From IMG/VR virus record IMGVR_UViG_3300027705_000005, positions 36,536-100,535 of that record: a stretch of 64,000 bases of DNA. One strand, written 5' to 3'. The stretch is from a virus. Lineage: Duplodnaviria; Caudoviricetes. This document shows, piece by piece, positions 40,101 to 46,964 of the stretch (its first letter is position 1; the number at the start of each line of letters is the position of its first letter). The position numbers and the translations under genes were made by a program. The notes below the pieces were generated by a model, which worked only from the letters and a program-made list of their open reading frames with translations, was not told the origin of the DNA and ran no database searches.

Positions 40101-41633
40101 TAATATTTCAGCTTTAGTTCTTAATGCTTGTTTTTCTTCTTCATTACTTGTTGCTTCAATAGCATCATTTGTTTTAATTAATTCTTCACTAAGAGTTTTA
40201 TACTTCTTATTATCCATTATTTTACCTGGAATATTAGACATAGCATTTTGTACTCCTCCACCAAAAAATCCCATCATACCTTCAAAGATGTTCTGTTCAG
40301 TAAAAGCATAAGATAATACTGCTCCTAATCCACCATTCTTATTAGCTATATCAACATCCAATGGAGTAAAATCAGAATTACCTTCTTGATCTTTATTAAC
40401 AGCATATCTCATTTTATTCATGATATTATCTTGCTGTCCACCTTGAACCATCTCTTCTGCCATCTCTCCCAAAGATAACATTAATGGATTTTTACCACCA
40501 TTCCATGCATCTTTCCATACTTCTTTCCTAAAGATATTTAATTCTGACCAACTTCTAGGTAATAATCTTGACTCATCTGTAAGTTTTTGAATACCAGGAC
40601 TTGCTTTACCAAATATAGTTTTAAATTCCCATGTATCTTTAGCTAACATAGCTAAGTTATCAAACCTAACATCATCAGCTGCTTGAGAAGCTATTTTCTT
40701 TATATAATTTTCATCAGTAATTCCATTTCTTCTTAATTCATCTTCAGTATTTTTATAGGTTTCAAAACCCATAATAGTACCTTCTAATTGATTCTGTATA
40801 ACACCAGCAGGAACATTAGCTGCCCAATCCATTAATGCTACTCTTTTAGCAGGATTGGCTATCATACCTTCAAGTAATGCTGTTACACCTCTTGAAGAAG
40901 ATGCTGCTATTGCTTCTACACCAGCACCTATTACACCTTCAGAAGCCATTATACCTCTTGCTGCCATAGATAACCCTTTACCAGCCATTCCTAAACCTTT
41001 AGAAATTACTCCTCCAGGTATAGCAAACTGTAACCCAGATTCTATTACTCCTTTTGTACCAGACCAAAACATAGAACTATCCCATGATAAAGGATTATTA
41101 GGATCAGAATAAACTGGCATTGCTTCATTAACATCTTGTTGTGCTTGAGCTAAATCTTCTTGTAATGCACTTTTTTCCCAATCTCTTGTAAGAATATTAG
41201 GAATATAAGTTAATGCTTCTATTGCTTTTAACGCACCATTTACAGTACCACCAACAATAGCATTTCCAGCTTGTTGTAAAAATCCTTGTTGTTCAGAAGC
41301 TTGTTGTGCCCAATTACCACCTTGATAAAAAGCAGCATCATCACCTAATCCAGAATAATCTTCATATGGATTAGAACCAAAATCAGTTGTTTGAGTAGCA
41401 TCTACCCTATTACCATATTGAGAATTAAGATATGAATTAATTTCAGCTCCTGATTTACCAATTGGATCAAACTTAGGTTGACCATTAGCATCTAATTCTT
41501 GCTTAACAGATCTTGGTCTTGGAACAAAAGAAGGTTTACTTCCTGGCTCTATTATTATTTGTTTACTACCAGCAGTAGGTGTTACACCTTTACCTTGATT
41601 TTCTGGAGTAATAATTTTTTCTTTATCTGGCAT
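25137..41633 (-). CDS. Giant virion-packaged DNA-dependent RNA polymerase (crAss-like) fused to an SF1B helicase and two zincin-like domains
   Basis: RIPGQG...GSDFDVDKLY (~31248-31265); KNIQNIQSEAVDNAK; helicase GRGGSGKT, DEGSM, GDNAQIQP, EVIRQ, TAHKIQG; HELFH and HELLH. Confidence 0.92.
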   Translation of the reverse strand: MPDKEKIITPENQGKGVTPTAGSKQIIIEPGSKPSFVPRPRSVKQELDANGQPKFDPIGKSGAEINSYLNSQYGNRVDATQTTDFGSNPYEDYSGLGDDAAFYQGGNWAQQASEQQGFLQQAGNAIVGGTVNGALKAIEALTYIPNILTRDWEKSALQEDLAQAQQDVNEAMPVYSDPNNPLSWDSSMFWSGTKGVIESGLQFAIPGGVISKGLGMAGKGLSMAARGIMASEGVIGAGVEAIAASSSRGVTALLEGMIANPAKRVALMDWAANVPAGVIQNQLEGTIMGFETYKNTEDELRRNGITDENYIKKIASQAADDVRFDNLAMLAKDTWEFKTIFGKASPGIQKLTDESRLLPRSWSELNIFRKEVWKDAWNGGKNPLMLSLGEMAEEMVQGGQQDNIMNKMRYAVNKDQEGNSDFTPLDVDIANKNGGLGAVLSYAFTEQNIFEGMMGFFGGGVQNAMSNIPGKIMDNKKYKTLSEELIKTNDAIEATSNEEEKQALRTKAEILKRDILNTRKGNYENQQDQVKNNNEILKTKFENLFDAQQAYDQAVFEGDDITKEAIEENMFVKAAMDNLSKGTLSNFRSTIEEIANGTKQGSNLIDTEITPEIKVKAQSLATKLIEIENEWNRHNDPQLGKRKFFVNENIKTLTTAVDKRTIKVNETKAKISKNIEAYNAAQKAVNPNHADITSDIDVLLKTKGGVPVVEFDTEKQERINELSKLKTIKPTEKTELDNLLKDKSDLEESNKRNQARAKEFINDPTLTDELVKLKDHTDRLEEALTEREYLNSAQYRSMKDKVDNFVAKNVDNITDEKVEKLIEDLDKITNSVDSKSRINDAGKDDILEQVRMLSIYANLHRIERIRAAKEKSDLKAEQDKLREKFIPFIERARAGIGYFSGSKPDGTISYAHITTIEGVEPTSTITYNTGEKTKVLTFEELQKYYMDGIFVDATKEEFDTYIDSLTVTEPEVKKTEKPGALDYSSPNNYNAYLNLQDPIGAAIGSSNPLPSPVVEWDIDPIVKQEQKRLNDDISVLIQNKIDLLKEEQNNVQSDISDINKVVKSLSAQLTSKTKLSGIEVEKIQKQIQTLLNIVNSNSKKNSKKGLSTINRAEDLKLNIRAEFKTLNELFDSIKELKKYAYQLRTIRKDLNNQVNYYNSLLNDNLITKITTQKLIDRRNKISNKISIIDKLIKILNDALSQSIKYIKSYVDSIKKSFNNLKSKDLSGLLNESLDKSQVTNYNKVTDEFNKLENNLYDHLNDLEFLEENKNKEQKRLDELQNKLTTLTNQFRYIDELINDIPIDNSPIPNIEIPITNIVEPVITEQNIIEEIPQIIIEEEKLKEIQIEENIIPPTNQVIQDETEEFDDASLVNINDVFGEEETDTTPVVTDPIVETEPEVIPEVPNQNIREEEKKLREKNKLTNPHASVSRLGREYVISDDGTLKNKSDERVITPISSHKYVVGTNVTLETEGEIGNIDHTPIRIIFEGDNTFENKSYVPTLASLLSTENAEDTDLRGLFATPDPSKSDEGNRWMILTPQGQEIVNAIMDGESKTKIANRIKIFLGDTFDTRPFNRVVIRSDEEGTEKSDFKKIADQLIKLFDFRKDILNTENPSSQVTEVKPGDVSRRVGPPIPTKKLIDDTNVEIVMVGKDKNQIATLKLPMKSSDNKTPEFTYVKLIAKPIDKELVYLYLEDFLNEGNISKNVKTDKEVLAQMNDFWAQDIKNKVNKLDVGFGKNKQRQIAVKKQGQETKLITVDNLIDGKLSDADKAIIDSYIGNAQRTSYRLNVKDKNTKITIVNNNGTIGLAPKVNKNRIIEDTETDVLYVKDPYTNRWIFHEQATFEINTQLTTDVKPQSVEVEDQPVENVSEPISNEQYNAFVDAGIVSDNVINSIANKVSLNQPLSQREILIFSDHTTQEKGSKSPVTRINEKLIELKNNISNTESQVKPDISTVEDIESRRQEKLKTELDKKAKSIPVKKEYYIDNNGNDITATTYRAGNKSFVFTESNTNAGDALEDLNIDNKIPYKTEEVTSKLEDKINAKYDDELLALNNTQTKNVPDPDSTIEEKPRKKFTPKKTNTDNNNILQSIKIDVDDINALSSKFLVSNDSGNAIPWHHQEQLVTYGTHIALEAFNADPNQSIEKILNQVEEYFLGDLIEDAQTETLKNMPQYIDQIKDLIHSKLQASGLRVKSNNKTTFNEQQEDAEIIDSTGEQGHQGERYDESIYEMNDYDRASFRLKSKLSTIEMVQKSGREIVPKYTTLGLPEYVDGENAFITIKRLLSNKPNLTFDEAIKVLRDKSNPNKLMLNQIADNIITWDNNAKNEFMTVLKLYKATAKIALWNTKDGTYSANLIDADRNSGGRVMVETWESDFFNIVNDKNNNLVIGDVDHKFLINANKIADIKSAYENIALDYKLNNNDDTIAGRLTSLLNQLKVNVKEEDMQWILDNPKDYSKIAENYFGYGIAELFDPKAGVIGVLFNNLDIPKGTAMKVEGKRDMYVPYSLYNPFSIGGNYLSNLGRFISSIRGNQSSDSFMGSNGNMQNLYSIFDQLTTTVANIRNKTLDDTNTSAFGKDSSFIGDPNFNAVLIDSIKNEDSGDFEEAKKLSEIEIELNELAGIQNNGNLKRTASSPTNSDKTRYLQVQISQLRNSIEFTRSNIVNNSIALVNGVQSEINRINAYKQYVLREQDEINKTGNTQLDNGYKFFYLLPSANIQIAKSKIKEILQGLLTPEQQENPKALKEVLSRLGAEYNNRYAVGFEQFSITRTYADVLNKPDLTHLLFLATKEGTKASQNDIKNIDEFVEAVISNNYDVDSEVVDSAIPLNDLGFITLLAADQYNQEVEAKLQFWEDNGIDIDRMDNKWLSKLNQFVQGPEDIIPDEAVLQIAAREAVSYSQNIALGFYQSIAGDPASFYKGKPNKINDLTAEQTSQVVKATITETIKRNAKNLAAGTKPNFHIKQYNEHTKRWEYTQQPTYQFATINNNIKNSINKSILAIPRLAKMYQGMDIADALEYTSFEEHLHVMFAKGESRLNDELYERLLKKAYIQDRLKDNEPVPKEAELTDSELKFVMGMHKPVQVTNVKFNDINMNYPLQAEVYIKSSSMPIIHQVFNGLEINKIKEAMFFTKEVDKNGKELRIKRETPINRVAYSSAVKSGAINIANVWKDGKVSQEGLNNIVPVELDRAGFYIQQEIPYDETKNQIRIMSQMDKLLLEGFDELDPNLRVRKEDIKKKMFAEAKAEFIKKFDINEVDGSFNDMSKVVEILKREAQDRGFTNNALEYLSLDENGKFVVPPFFTAAANKYESLMASIASKIVLQKVHGHSYVQTSSSGIKTIEGLTEKEKNDIVLVKGHSLSQDLPFITKGEKAINAAGVYVPFQFLDNKGNKLNPKDFTTTDEEGNTYLDPKRVPNELLRLIGGRIPGQGPNSMLPIQILGFLPEYMGNVIVVPQEIVVQMGSDFDVDKLYAYMWNYSYDEKNGKLRMYNQETSAKGRIKYEEYKKYKTQRDAIKEEIGAFINEYGITDNKKEILSTRESLDNVADNIRLLELVIEEYWGEELTEEDNANIQDLLGKIKSFEKDRTELIEQLNEFKDTKTTLDDYDGGKALLERKRALYTEYQNTVTERIDNLVIEKNIKTLQNEYFDIHWEALTNLGMFERIAESLDMTDLANEHQALQTNKQPDGLLSPRYNRESYLENRSGKEGVAIEANAIVLNAMIQGLGLNIGYKNNRLSIPIEFKSGQKINLNTFGLDAYSEYNGGGRRIHKNIQNIQSEAVDNAKYGRLGALNFNKDTFNAINALLMMGDDSKNKALSSKPEIGAVANDHAVALMTQPVIKRYITEKNRKFNQFNERYSRHEDSKLKDKLIEELYKAAKLESPGDNESYKDAALRQLVIPSVTALKEARDLNLNTASKEEVLNYNKVQLNSIVGFFALDEAGSLLAGIQKSIDASTRGIGKSFIDSFLKERMYNERIVKGDYTSSYFEFNMNNTSKLQNTEYGDAIEQGVKFSNKVFGTMFPYKHLLTTVTDYFANEGKPLDEKAYREIINYYKSFIFANNDIYENTVNAERERLFVGEDNIFDRVTEYKQSKFEGSYLLNGIVVDQIGNESNNHRRLRFAAGKTQRVDEANNTQSLVYMLNSKDEKVRQLGNDLITYSFITNPVQSANNFMMYMPASIITGKLVNPHLNQANIDLIDGSIQYQRFITQYIQNKPDMAAKMKTFGKGLTLIQSHKYYVNQLEGLKEINKSDDSNAIKLEKAIALTQDTKMTSVGDKIGKISRLITSYFRTKANPIFTEFGEEKEVPKFFYNTIVTEDEYGNEIENKVLYETVKEKKGYYTFKAIPTLGSFEFKEMNSSEDLLSSVVTKNNKKDKKSTNDISAINKLGLSTKQMPIQEVINNIINTGSNNHVEVAKVLKGLYNNSDYKIVIDEKIDGAGEVNHNSKLIKINPNNQNKLNPSSGLDDLTSTVIHELFHPLIDGMLALNVDQLTEKQKTAILRLHNIRLEAVDALTADEKKEFKEFMQLIIPTIKNERQAEQAKKTYQRVTKELYKSIAIKGKITGEMKAKYYGLLNNNEFITMAWSDNKFQERLNNIITNTTDSKGFIDRLVSAFNDLIASFLETFGITINNNSILAETLSNSMNLINSDYFNNGNTSGFVENKQTIDNSLGTDWTGSNNITLNPGQQEFLDKALNVWLPSDNKEFLLKGRGGSGKTFVSSEFIKQAQRQGYGIYATTISDAALSVLSKNFKKEKIEKVELYNFASMFGLTPEYLPNGTIKYIQDPFSNVYPKIFNTPKTILIFDEGSMIGPNEMQYLNKYSNIKILYMGDNAQIQPIGGSGISTIFKLTEDNNTSSELTEVIRQAKDNPILWLATILGNELDKYDKTKQFDLSNITSNRFTDFNQSTQIGVRFDNNKDNFINEAIKDFKKDPLSTIVVVGTNEEVKDFNKTIRNSVVQGNDVLVKDEKVMFYKKYADRFDTKINNSAIVTINSKPSETTIGNIEVLMSDITYIDEQGKDASARIPLVIRGSNADKILQAKLHSIGSAIGEMKRNGETKTPKYKELAAEYGKYKVIIPIEYAYAMTAHKIQGQTLKNTYVYPVSYNKWDQIEAFRMLYTSYTRPTDKLTIFNSAQIESKPGYYVQQNNTPEQTELDFNNTSESIKVNETITDGIDFVFESNPELANSVYEALGFNKKLAFVKSDNTIDDDFYIKDELIITKELQNIRTNNFDGSINIELSELKDKLNKLSIGNKFNVSEYTKPSITNLEEVLNKINLSESNKILLEKIRPLIKNIKIEYVDKFILANSGAVYSDKYNTIRINKSEKNIPLEELLMHELLHAATFRKITYFETNTKGLSEKESLALNELENIRKVLKEASDKYWNNRTRYARSVNPLEGYRTDSIHEIISYAFTNEEFRNAIAEIPYTGNKSILDKLVELIANIFGVKQNTVLNALLANAEVLLNNNQITPQQKQQAAFMFSEFLDVYLQDFEQVEKILKQEKVIDKKCN

Positions 41634-41636
41634 TGT

Positions 41637-44600
41637 TTATAGTTGTATGTGTAGGTGGTTTCCTGAACCATCACTATCACCATGATATATAATTTTTAAT
41701 GTCTGTCCTGTATCTTTAATCTTAATAAGAACTGGAGGAATATTATATCCATTTGTTCCTTTTCCTTTTAATAACATATTTCTTGTTTCAGTAGGATTAC
41801 CTGTTAATGCAGCTATTTTATTAATTGCTTCTAATTCCTGAGATTCAGATTTGAATTTAAAATCTACTGCATTTCCATGATCATGATCTGATTTTCCTCC
41901 CCCTTTCCTATGACCTGAAGAGAATTGTGGACCTAATGAATCTAATCCTGATTTAACAATTAGATGTTTAGTACTATCAATTAAAGATGAATTAACTCCT
42001 TTTATAGATTGTCCACTTTGAAATGTAAAGTTATAATTTTTTATTCTATTATTTACATCTTGTGTCTCTTTTTTATTTTCTCCTTGATAAGATGCTGCCC
42101 ATGCTCTTGCTGGATACTTTTGCCAATTACCATCTTGTGCATTACCTATTCCATGATGATGCATAATATCTATTGCTTGTGCTTCATTAATATTTTTACC
42201 ATTTTTTGCATAAGCAGCTATTATTTTATTAACATTAGGAAGATATTGTTTAGGCATTAATACCTTGTCAAAGTATGCATCCTGCATCTCAGGATGATCT
42301 TGTATAGCCATATAGGCTTTAATATCCTCATCTGAATATCCTTTAGCTCCCTCTTTTCTTCCAAGTTCTTTCTTAAAAGCAGCTATTGATTCAGGAGTAT
42401 ATTTACTTAAATCAACCCCAAATTCTCTCCAGTTCTTAGTAACAAAAGGAGTTAGTTTATCAAATTGTGATGAAGGTACTAATCCAAAATATCCAAGAGC
42501 ATTAGTTTCTTTATTTCTTGCTCTTGCAGGATCTTTCTCTCCTCCAGATTCAGCCTGTCTAATACCTTCTTTGATACTAGATGACTGTGACTCCAACTTT
42601 CCCCCATTACCACCTCCACTAGTATTAGTTGTGTTAGTAGTTTGTTCTTTAATACTTTTTAAAGATATATATCTTGCCAACTGAAGTTTATTTTGTATAA
42701 CTTCAGTTTCACCATCTGCTGTTACTGTATATTGTCCATTTCCTATATTGGTAACTTTAAATGATTTACCATTATTATTATATGAAGTAGAAGAACCTTG
42801 TTTTAAATCAACAGATTTTGCTAATTTAACAAATAGTTTTTCAGCAACATTAGCAGCACCAGGAGTATCAATTAAAAAAGAATTTAGTAATTGTCTGTTA
42901 ATATTAGTATCACTTATTATTGCTTCTTTAGGACTACCATCATAAATAACATCTCCTGTAGCTTTATTATATTGGACTTCCCCAGTTTTGTTTTTAGTTG
43001 CCTCACCAATTAATGCTCTTAATCCCCAAGTTCCAGTAATTGGATCATATACAGCCTCTTTAGTTGATATTGTATCATCTTCAGAACCTTTATATTTAGT
43101 ACCATTTACTAATCTAATACCACCTGTAGCACTATTAACTGCTGTTACTCCATTTTGACCTTCATATTTATCAGTTATTGACTTAACATCTGGGTCAGCT
43201 TTATCTAAAGAATATCCTATATTTGCTCCCTTAGCACCTGTGCCTTCTTTTTGAACTCTATTTGCATATTTATCAAATGCTTCATTTTCTCCAGATCTAA
43301 TATATGCAATATAATCATCAAATGGTTTAGTTGATTTTCCTTCTTTAACTGCTTCAACTTTATATTTCTCAATATATTTAATTTTATCTTCTACTTTTTG
43401 TGGAATACCCATAAAGAATTGTTCTCCTCTAAAATATTTATTGAAACCACTCCAAAATCCTTCACCATCTTTACCTAATTGATCTTTTAAATCATCAAGG
43501 TATTTACCTTCTTCTTTAGTAACAAGTCCTAATCCATAAGCAATTTGGTTTCCAATACTTCCACCCTTTTCAGCATATTGTTTAAATTCTCTTGATTTAT
43601 AAAAATCATTATTTTTTAATTCTTTGATATTATTATCTATTGATCTAAGATCTTGAGTAATTGATATTCTTTCATTACCAAGTTCATTATAAGCTGCTTT
43701 TTGTTCAGGTGTCCATTTAGTATCATCTGATCCAAATTGTTTATTTAAAATTGCTTGTTGCTGTTCAAGCTCTTTAGCTCTTGTTGTTAATGCTGTTTTT
43801 TGTTCAGTATTAATTTCCATTTGATTTGCTGGACTTAATAATACTGGATTTAATGTTGTTTGATTTCCACCTAACCAACCATCTCTTGAATTATTAGTTG
43901 CTTCTGGAATATAAGTAAATCCATCAGCACCTACAAATACTGGAGGACCTTCTGGTTTCTTATCTTTAGTTGATTTAGAATCAGATCCATCAGAATCTTT
44001 CATAGAAGCTGCTGTAGGACTTGCTGTAACTCTAACTAAATTACCAGCAACATCTTTTAATGCTCCTCTATAATAATCATTTCTTTTAGATGTCTTCCAA
44101 CTATCATAATCAAATCCTTGTTTGGTTAAAGCTTTCTGATTTAATCCCCAAACTCTATCTAATTCAGCATCTATTGAAGCAGTATCTTTTAGTATTGTTC
44201 CTCTATACTCTCCATCAGAATTAGGTAAATTAATAATAGCATCAGCTTCATCAGTATAAATACCTTTAAGTTGATTATTATACTTATTTTCATCCCAAGG
44301 TTTCATAGCAGCAGGATTAAAAGTATCTAATGGATTAATTTCTCCATTAGCACCACTATAACTATAATAAGCATTGTTAAACTCATCTACTGCATCTGGA
44401 TCTAATCCTGGAAATAACTTCTCAATATTAGTTCTTTTAACTTTATCTTGAATAACTTTTCTAAATCCAGTATTATTATATAATTGCTGTGTTAATTTAC
44501 TTTCTAAATTCAAAACAGCATTCACATCTAAATTAGGATTAGATTGTAATGCAGTTATTTCATTAATAATAGGTTGTGCACCATCATTAATTTCTTTTAA

Positions 44601-44849
44601 TAATGATCTTTGATAATCATTATCTCCTACCATATTTAAAGGACTATCTTTATCAAATTGTAATTTATCTAAATTTCCTTGTAATTTAATTCTATTACTA
44701 ATCTGATCTTGTTTCTTCTTATATGCAGCATTAACTCTTTGTTGTTCAACACTAAATAATGTTTTATAATCTAACTCTTTTTCAACAGTTGGAATATAAT
44801 CTATATAAGAAGCTTGTGGTAATATACCTATAGGACTAACTTGTTCCAT
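41637..44849 (-). CDS. Virion cargo/ejection protein with lysozyme-like and M15/DD-peptidase-like domains
   Basis: IRQAESGG...ARN..TNALGYFGL (~42480-42563); SSGHR...SDHDHGNAVDF...NHLHIQ at the C-terminus. Confidence 0.75.
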   Translation of the reverse strand: MEQVSPIGILPQASYIDYIPTVEKELDYKTLFSVEQQRVNAAYKKKQDQISNRIKLQGNLDKLQFDKDSPLNMVGDNDYQRSLLKEINDGAQPIINEITALQSNPNLDVNAVLNLESKLTQQLYNNTGFRKVIQDKVKRTNIEKLFPGLDPDAVDEFNNAYYSYSGANGEINPLDTFNPAAMKPWDENKYNNQLKGIYTDEADAIINLPNSDGEYRGTILKDTASIDAELDRVWGLNQKALTKQGFDYDSWKTSKRNDYYRGALKDVAGNLVRVTASPTAASMKDSDGSDSKSTKDKKPEGPPVFVGADGFTYIPEATNNSRDGWLGGNQTTLNPVLLSPANQMEINTEQKTALTTRAKELEQQQAILNKQFGSDDTKWTPEQKAAYNELGNERISITQDLRSIDNNIKELKNNDFYKSREFKQYAEKGGSIGNQIAYGLGLVTKEEGKYLDDLKDQLGKDGEGFWSGFNKYFRGEQFFMGIPQKVEDKIKYIEKYKVEAVKEGKSTKPFDDYIAYIRSGENEAFDKYANRVQKEGTGAKGANIGYSLDKADPDVKSITDKYEGQNGVTAVNSATGGIRLVNGTKYKGSEDDTISTKEAVYDPITGTWGLRALIGEATKNKTGEVQYNKATGDVIYDGSPKEAIISDTNINRQLLNSFLIDTPGAANVAEKLFVKLAKSVDLKQGSSTSYNNNGKSFKVTNIGNGQYTVTADGETEVIQNKLQLARYISLKSIKEQTTNTTNTSGGGNGGKLESQSSSIKEGIRQAESGGEKDPARARNKETNALGYFGLVPSSQFDKLTPFVTKNWREFGVDLSKYTPESIAAFKKELGRKEGAKGYSDEDIKAYMAIQDHPEMQDAYFDKVLMPKQYLPNVNKIIAAYAKNGKNINEAQAIDIMHHHGIGNAQDGNWQKYPARAWAASYQGENKKETQDVNNRIKNYNFTFQSGQSIKGVNSSLIDSTKHLIVKSGLDSLGPQFSSGHRKGGGKSDHDHGNAVDFKFKSESQELEAINKIAALTGNPTETRNMLLKGKGTNGYNIPPVLIKIKDTGQTLKIIYHGDSDGSGNHLHIQL

Positions 44850-44866
44850 TTATAATTTTTAATTTG

Positions 44867-46897
44867 TTATTGTGTAGCCGTTGCAGTAGTAGCACCAAAA
44901 GATAATGGCATTCCTTTTTGTAATTGTCTAAGCATCATCATTTGATTTACCAAAGAAGAATATCTACTTGTTTTCTCTGATCTATTCTTAGCATTATAAT
45001 TCATTCTTTGATTGTTTAATGCAGATATATTATTAATTGCATTAGTACCCAAACTAGCTGATTGTCCTACTAAGTTATTAATAAACTTATTAGTTTCATT
45101 CTTAGCTGTGGCATCAATCATTGATTGTTGATTTTGTATTCCATTTTTGGCTTGTTGATATTGTGATTCCAAACCTAAATTCATCTGAGCTGCTTGTGCA
45201 CCTAATTGACTATTAGCATCTACTGCTCTTGCATTAGCTGATCCAATATAATTCATTGCTCTACCATAATCAGAAGTATTAGATAATGCTGCATTAGCAA
45301 CAGTATTAACATTCTTATTGTTTTGGTTAGCAACATAATCAAAATAAGATTTATCCATTTGTCTTGGCATATCAGGTATTCTAAGATTAGGACTTTCTAC
45401 TCTTGGATTCTGTCCTATTAATCCTGCTAAAGCTGTCATAGAACCTCCTAATACTCCACCTAAGTTAGACATAAATGCACTATTGTTATCTCTTGCATTC
45501 CTTCTAAAATCTCCATCTAAACCATCCATTTGACCTTGAGTATATTTAATTAATGAATCATATTCATTATTATCTGATGCTGCATTAGGATTATTTACTG
45601 TTCCTGGGTTAGTTACTGCTTGTACAGGATTACCAGCTTGAGCATTAAATTGTGGTGCAAATCTACTTGTTGGATTAGGCATAGGATTTAATGGAATAGG
45701 AGGTGCATTTAAAGAACCTACTGGTCTTCTATTAGGCATTGTTGCTGTAACAGTAGGACCATTTAACCATGTTGATATAGGAGCTTGGCTCTGCCAAGGA
45801 CTATTAGCTACTGTTTGAGGAATTAAATAATTATTTGGTTGTGCATTAACATAATTTGGATATTGTACATTAGTATTTCCTTGTGCTTGACTTAAGTCAA
45901 ATATATTTAATCCAGGTCCTCCACCATAAGCAAACTGTTCAATATTCATATCTTCTTGTGACTCTTGTTGTTCTGGTTGTTTCTTAGATTTAGGTTTACC
46001 TTCTTCATTAAGTCTTATTAATTCTCCCAAGATCATAGATCTTGCTGCTTTATTTTCTTCTGAAGTTTTCCTTGCATAGATATTGCCTTTTTGTAAATCA
46101 GATAACTCTGTGGGAAATCTTTTTCTTAATGTATCAGTAAGTTCAGATAAAGTTTCTTCATCTTTAGTAAAGTAATCACTAAGTTTAATTTCTTTATATT
46201 TAGACTTATCACCACCTTCTTTATATATTAAAGGATTAAGACCTAAAATAATCTTATCTGCTTTAGCTTTAGATAGTTTTGTTCTATTTGATATGATATA
46301 AGAATCTGAAGGAAAGAGATCTGTAATCTCATTAGAATCCATTTGTTTATGTGTCTTAGTAGCTTTAGTATCAAATATATCTCCTTTATTAGATATTACT
46401 TTTTCTCCTTTTTCTGTTTGAACTGGTTGTGGTAATTGTGATCCTACTATTCCACCCATAGGATATTTCATAGGTTTACCACCATATCTCATATTTTGTA
46501 AACCTCCACCCCTATTAATATCTTGCATAGATTGTATTCCTTGATTTTGGTATTGTAAATAATCTAAAGATTGTTGTTCTGATTGACCCTTCATATTATT
46601 TAACATAGCTCCACCTACTCCCATTAACATACCTCCAAAATTACCAGCCATGTTTGTTAGTCCAGCTATATTTTGTTGCCCTTGCATTTGTCTATTTTGC
46701 ATTTGTTCCATCCTTGTAGGAGAAACATTTTGTAAGGGTTGTGTACCAATATTGGGATTGGCTTGATTGTAAGAAGTTACCCCAGAGCTATTTAAAGTAG
46801 GAATCATTGTGTTAAACTGAGAGTTTAACTGATTACTATTATATCTTTTAGCTTGTTGACCAAGTTGATTTAACTGGTCTATAGATAAATTAAACAT
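44867..46897 (-). CDS. Q/N/G-rich virion cargo protein
   Basis: Low-complexity Q/N/M/G sequence, repeated xYGG/MGG motifs, QTEKGE module; lies between muzzle and RNAP block. Confidence 0.65.
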   Translation of the reverse strand: MFNLSIDQLNQLGQQAKRYNSNQLNSQFNTMIPTLNSSGVTSYNQANPNIGTQPLQNVSPTRMEQMQNRQMQGQQNIAGLTNMAGNFGGMLMGVGGAMLNNMKGQSEQQSLDYLQYQNQGIQSMQDINRGGGLQNMRYGGKPMKYPMGGIVGSQLPQPVQTEKGEKVISNKGDIFDTKATKTHKQMDSNEITDLFPSDSYIISNRTKLSKAKADKIILGLNPLIYKEGGDKSKYKEIKLSDYFTKDEETLSELTDTLRKRFPTELSDLQKGNIYARKTSEENKAARSMILGELIRLNEEGKPKSKKQPEQQESQEDMNIEQFAYGGGPGLNIFDLSQAQGNTNVQYPNYVNAQPNNYLIPQTVANSPWQSQAPISTWLNGPTVTATMPNRRPVGSLNAPPIPLNPMPNPTSRFAPQFNAQAGNPVQAVTNPGTVNNPNAASDNNEYDSLIKYTQGQMDGLDGDFRRNARDNNSAFMSNLGGVLGGSMTALAGLIGQNPRVESPNLRIPDMPRQMDKSYFDYVANQNNKNVNTVANAALSNTSDYGRAMNYIGSANARAVDANSQLGAQAAQMNLGLESQYQQAKNGIQNQQSMIDATAKNETNKFINNLVGQSASLGTNAINNISALNNQRMNYNAKNRSEKTSRYSSLVNQMMMLRQLQKGMPLSFGATTATATQ

Positions 46898-46964
46898 GTA
46901 TTTTTGAATTAAACACTTTATGGTTTAATGTTTAATAAACATAATACCTACATATTTAATTCCC

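Noticed and set aside
25137-41633. Intein explaining the RNAP length
   Set aside because: No C/S...HN-C/S/T splice junctions or LAGLIDADG blocks recognised; the extra length is explained by fused domains
46898-46964. Weak inverted repeat (ATTAAACA...TGTTTAAT) upstream of the 676-aa gene
   Set aside because: AT-only stem with a long loop; cannot support a terminator or operator call
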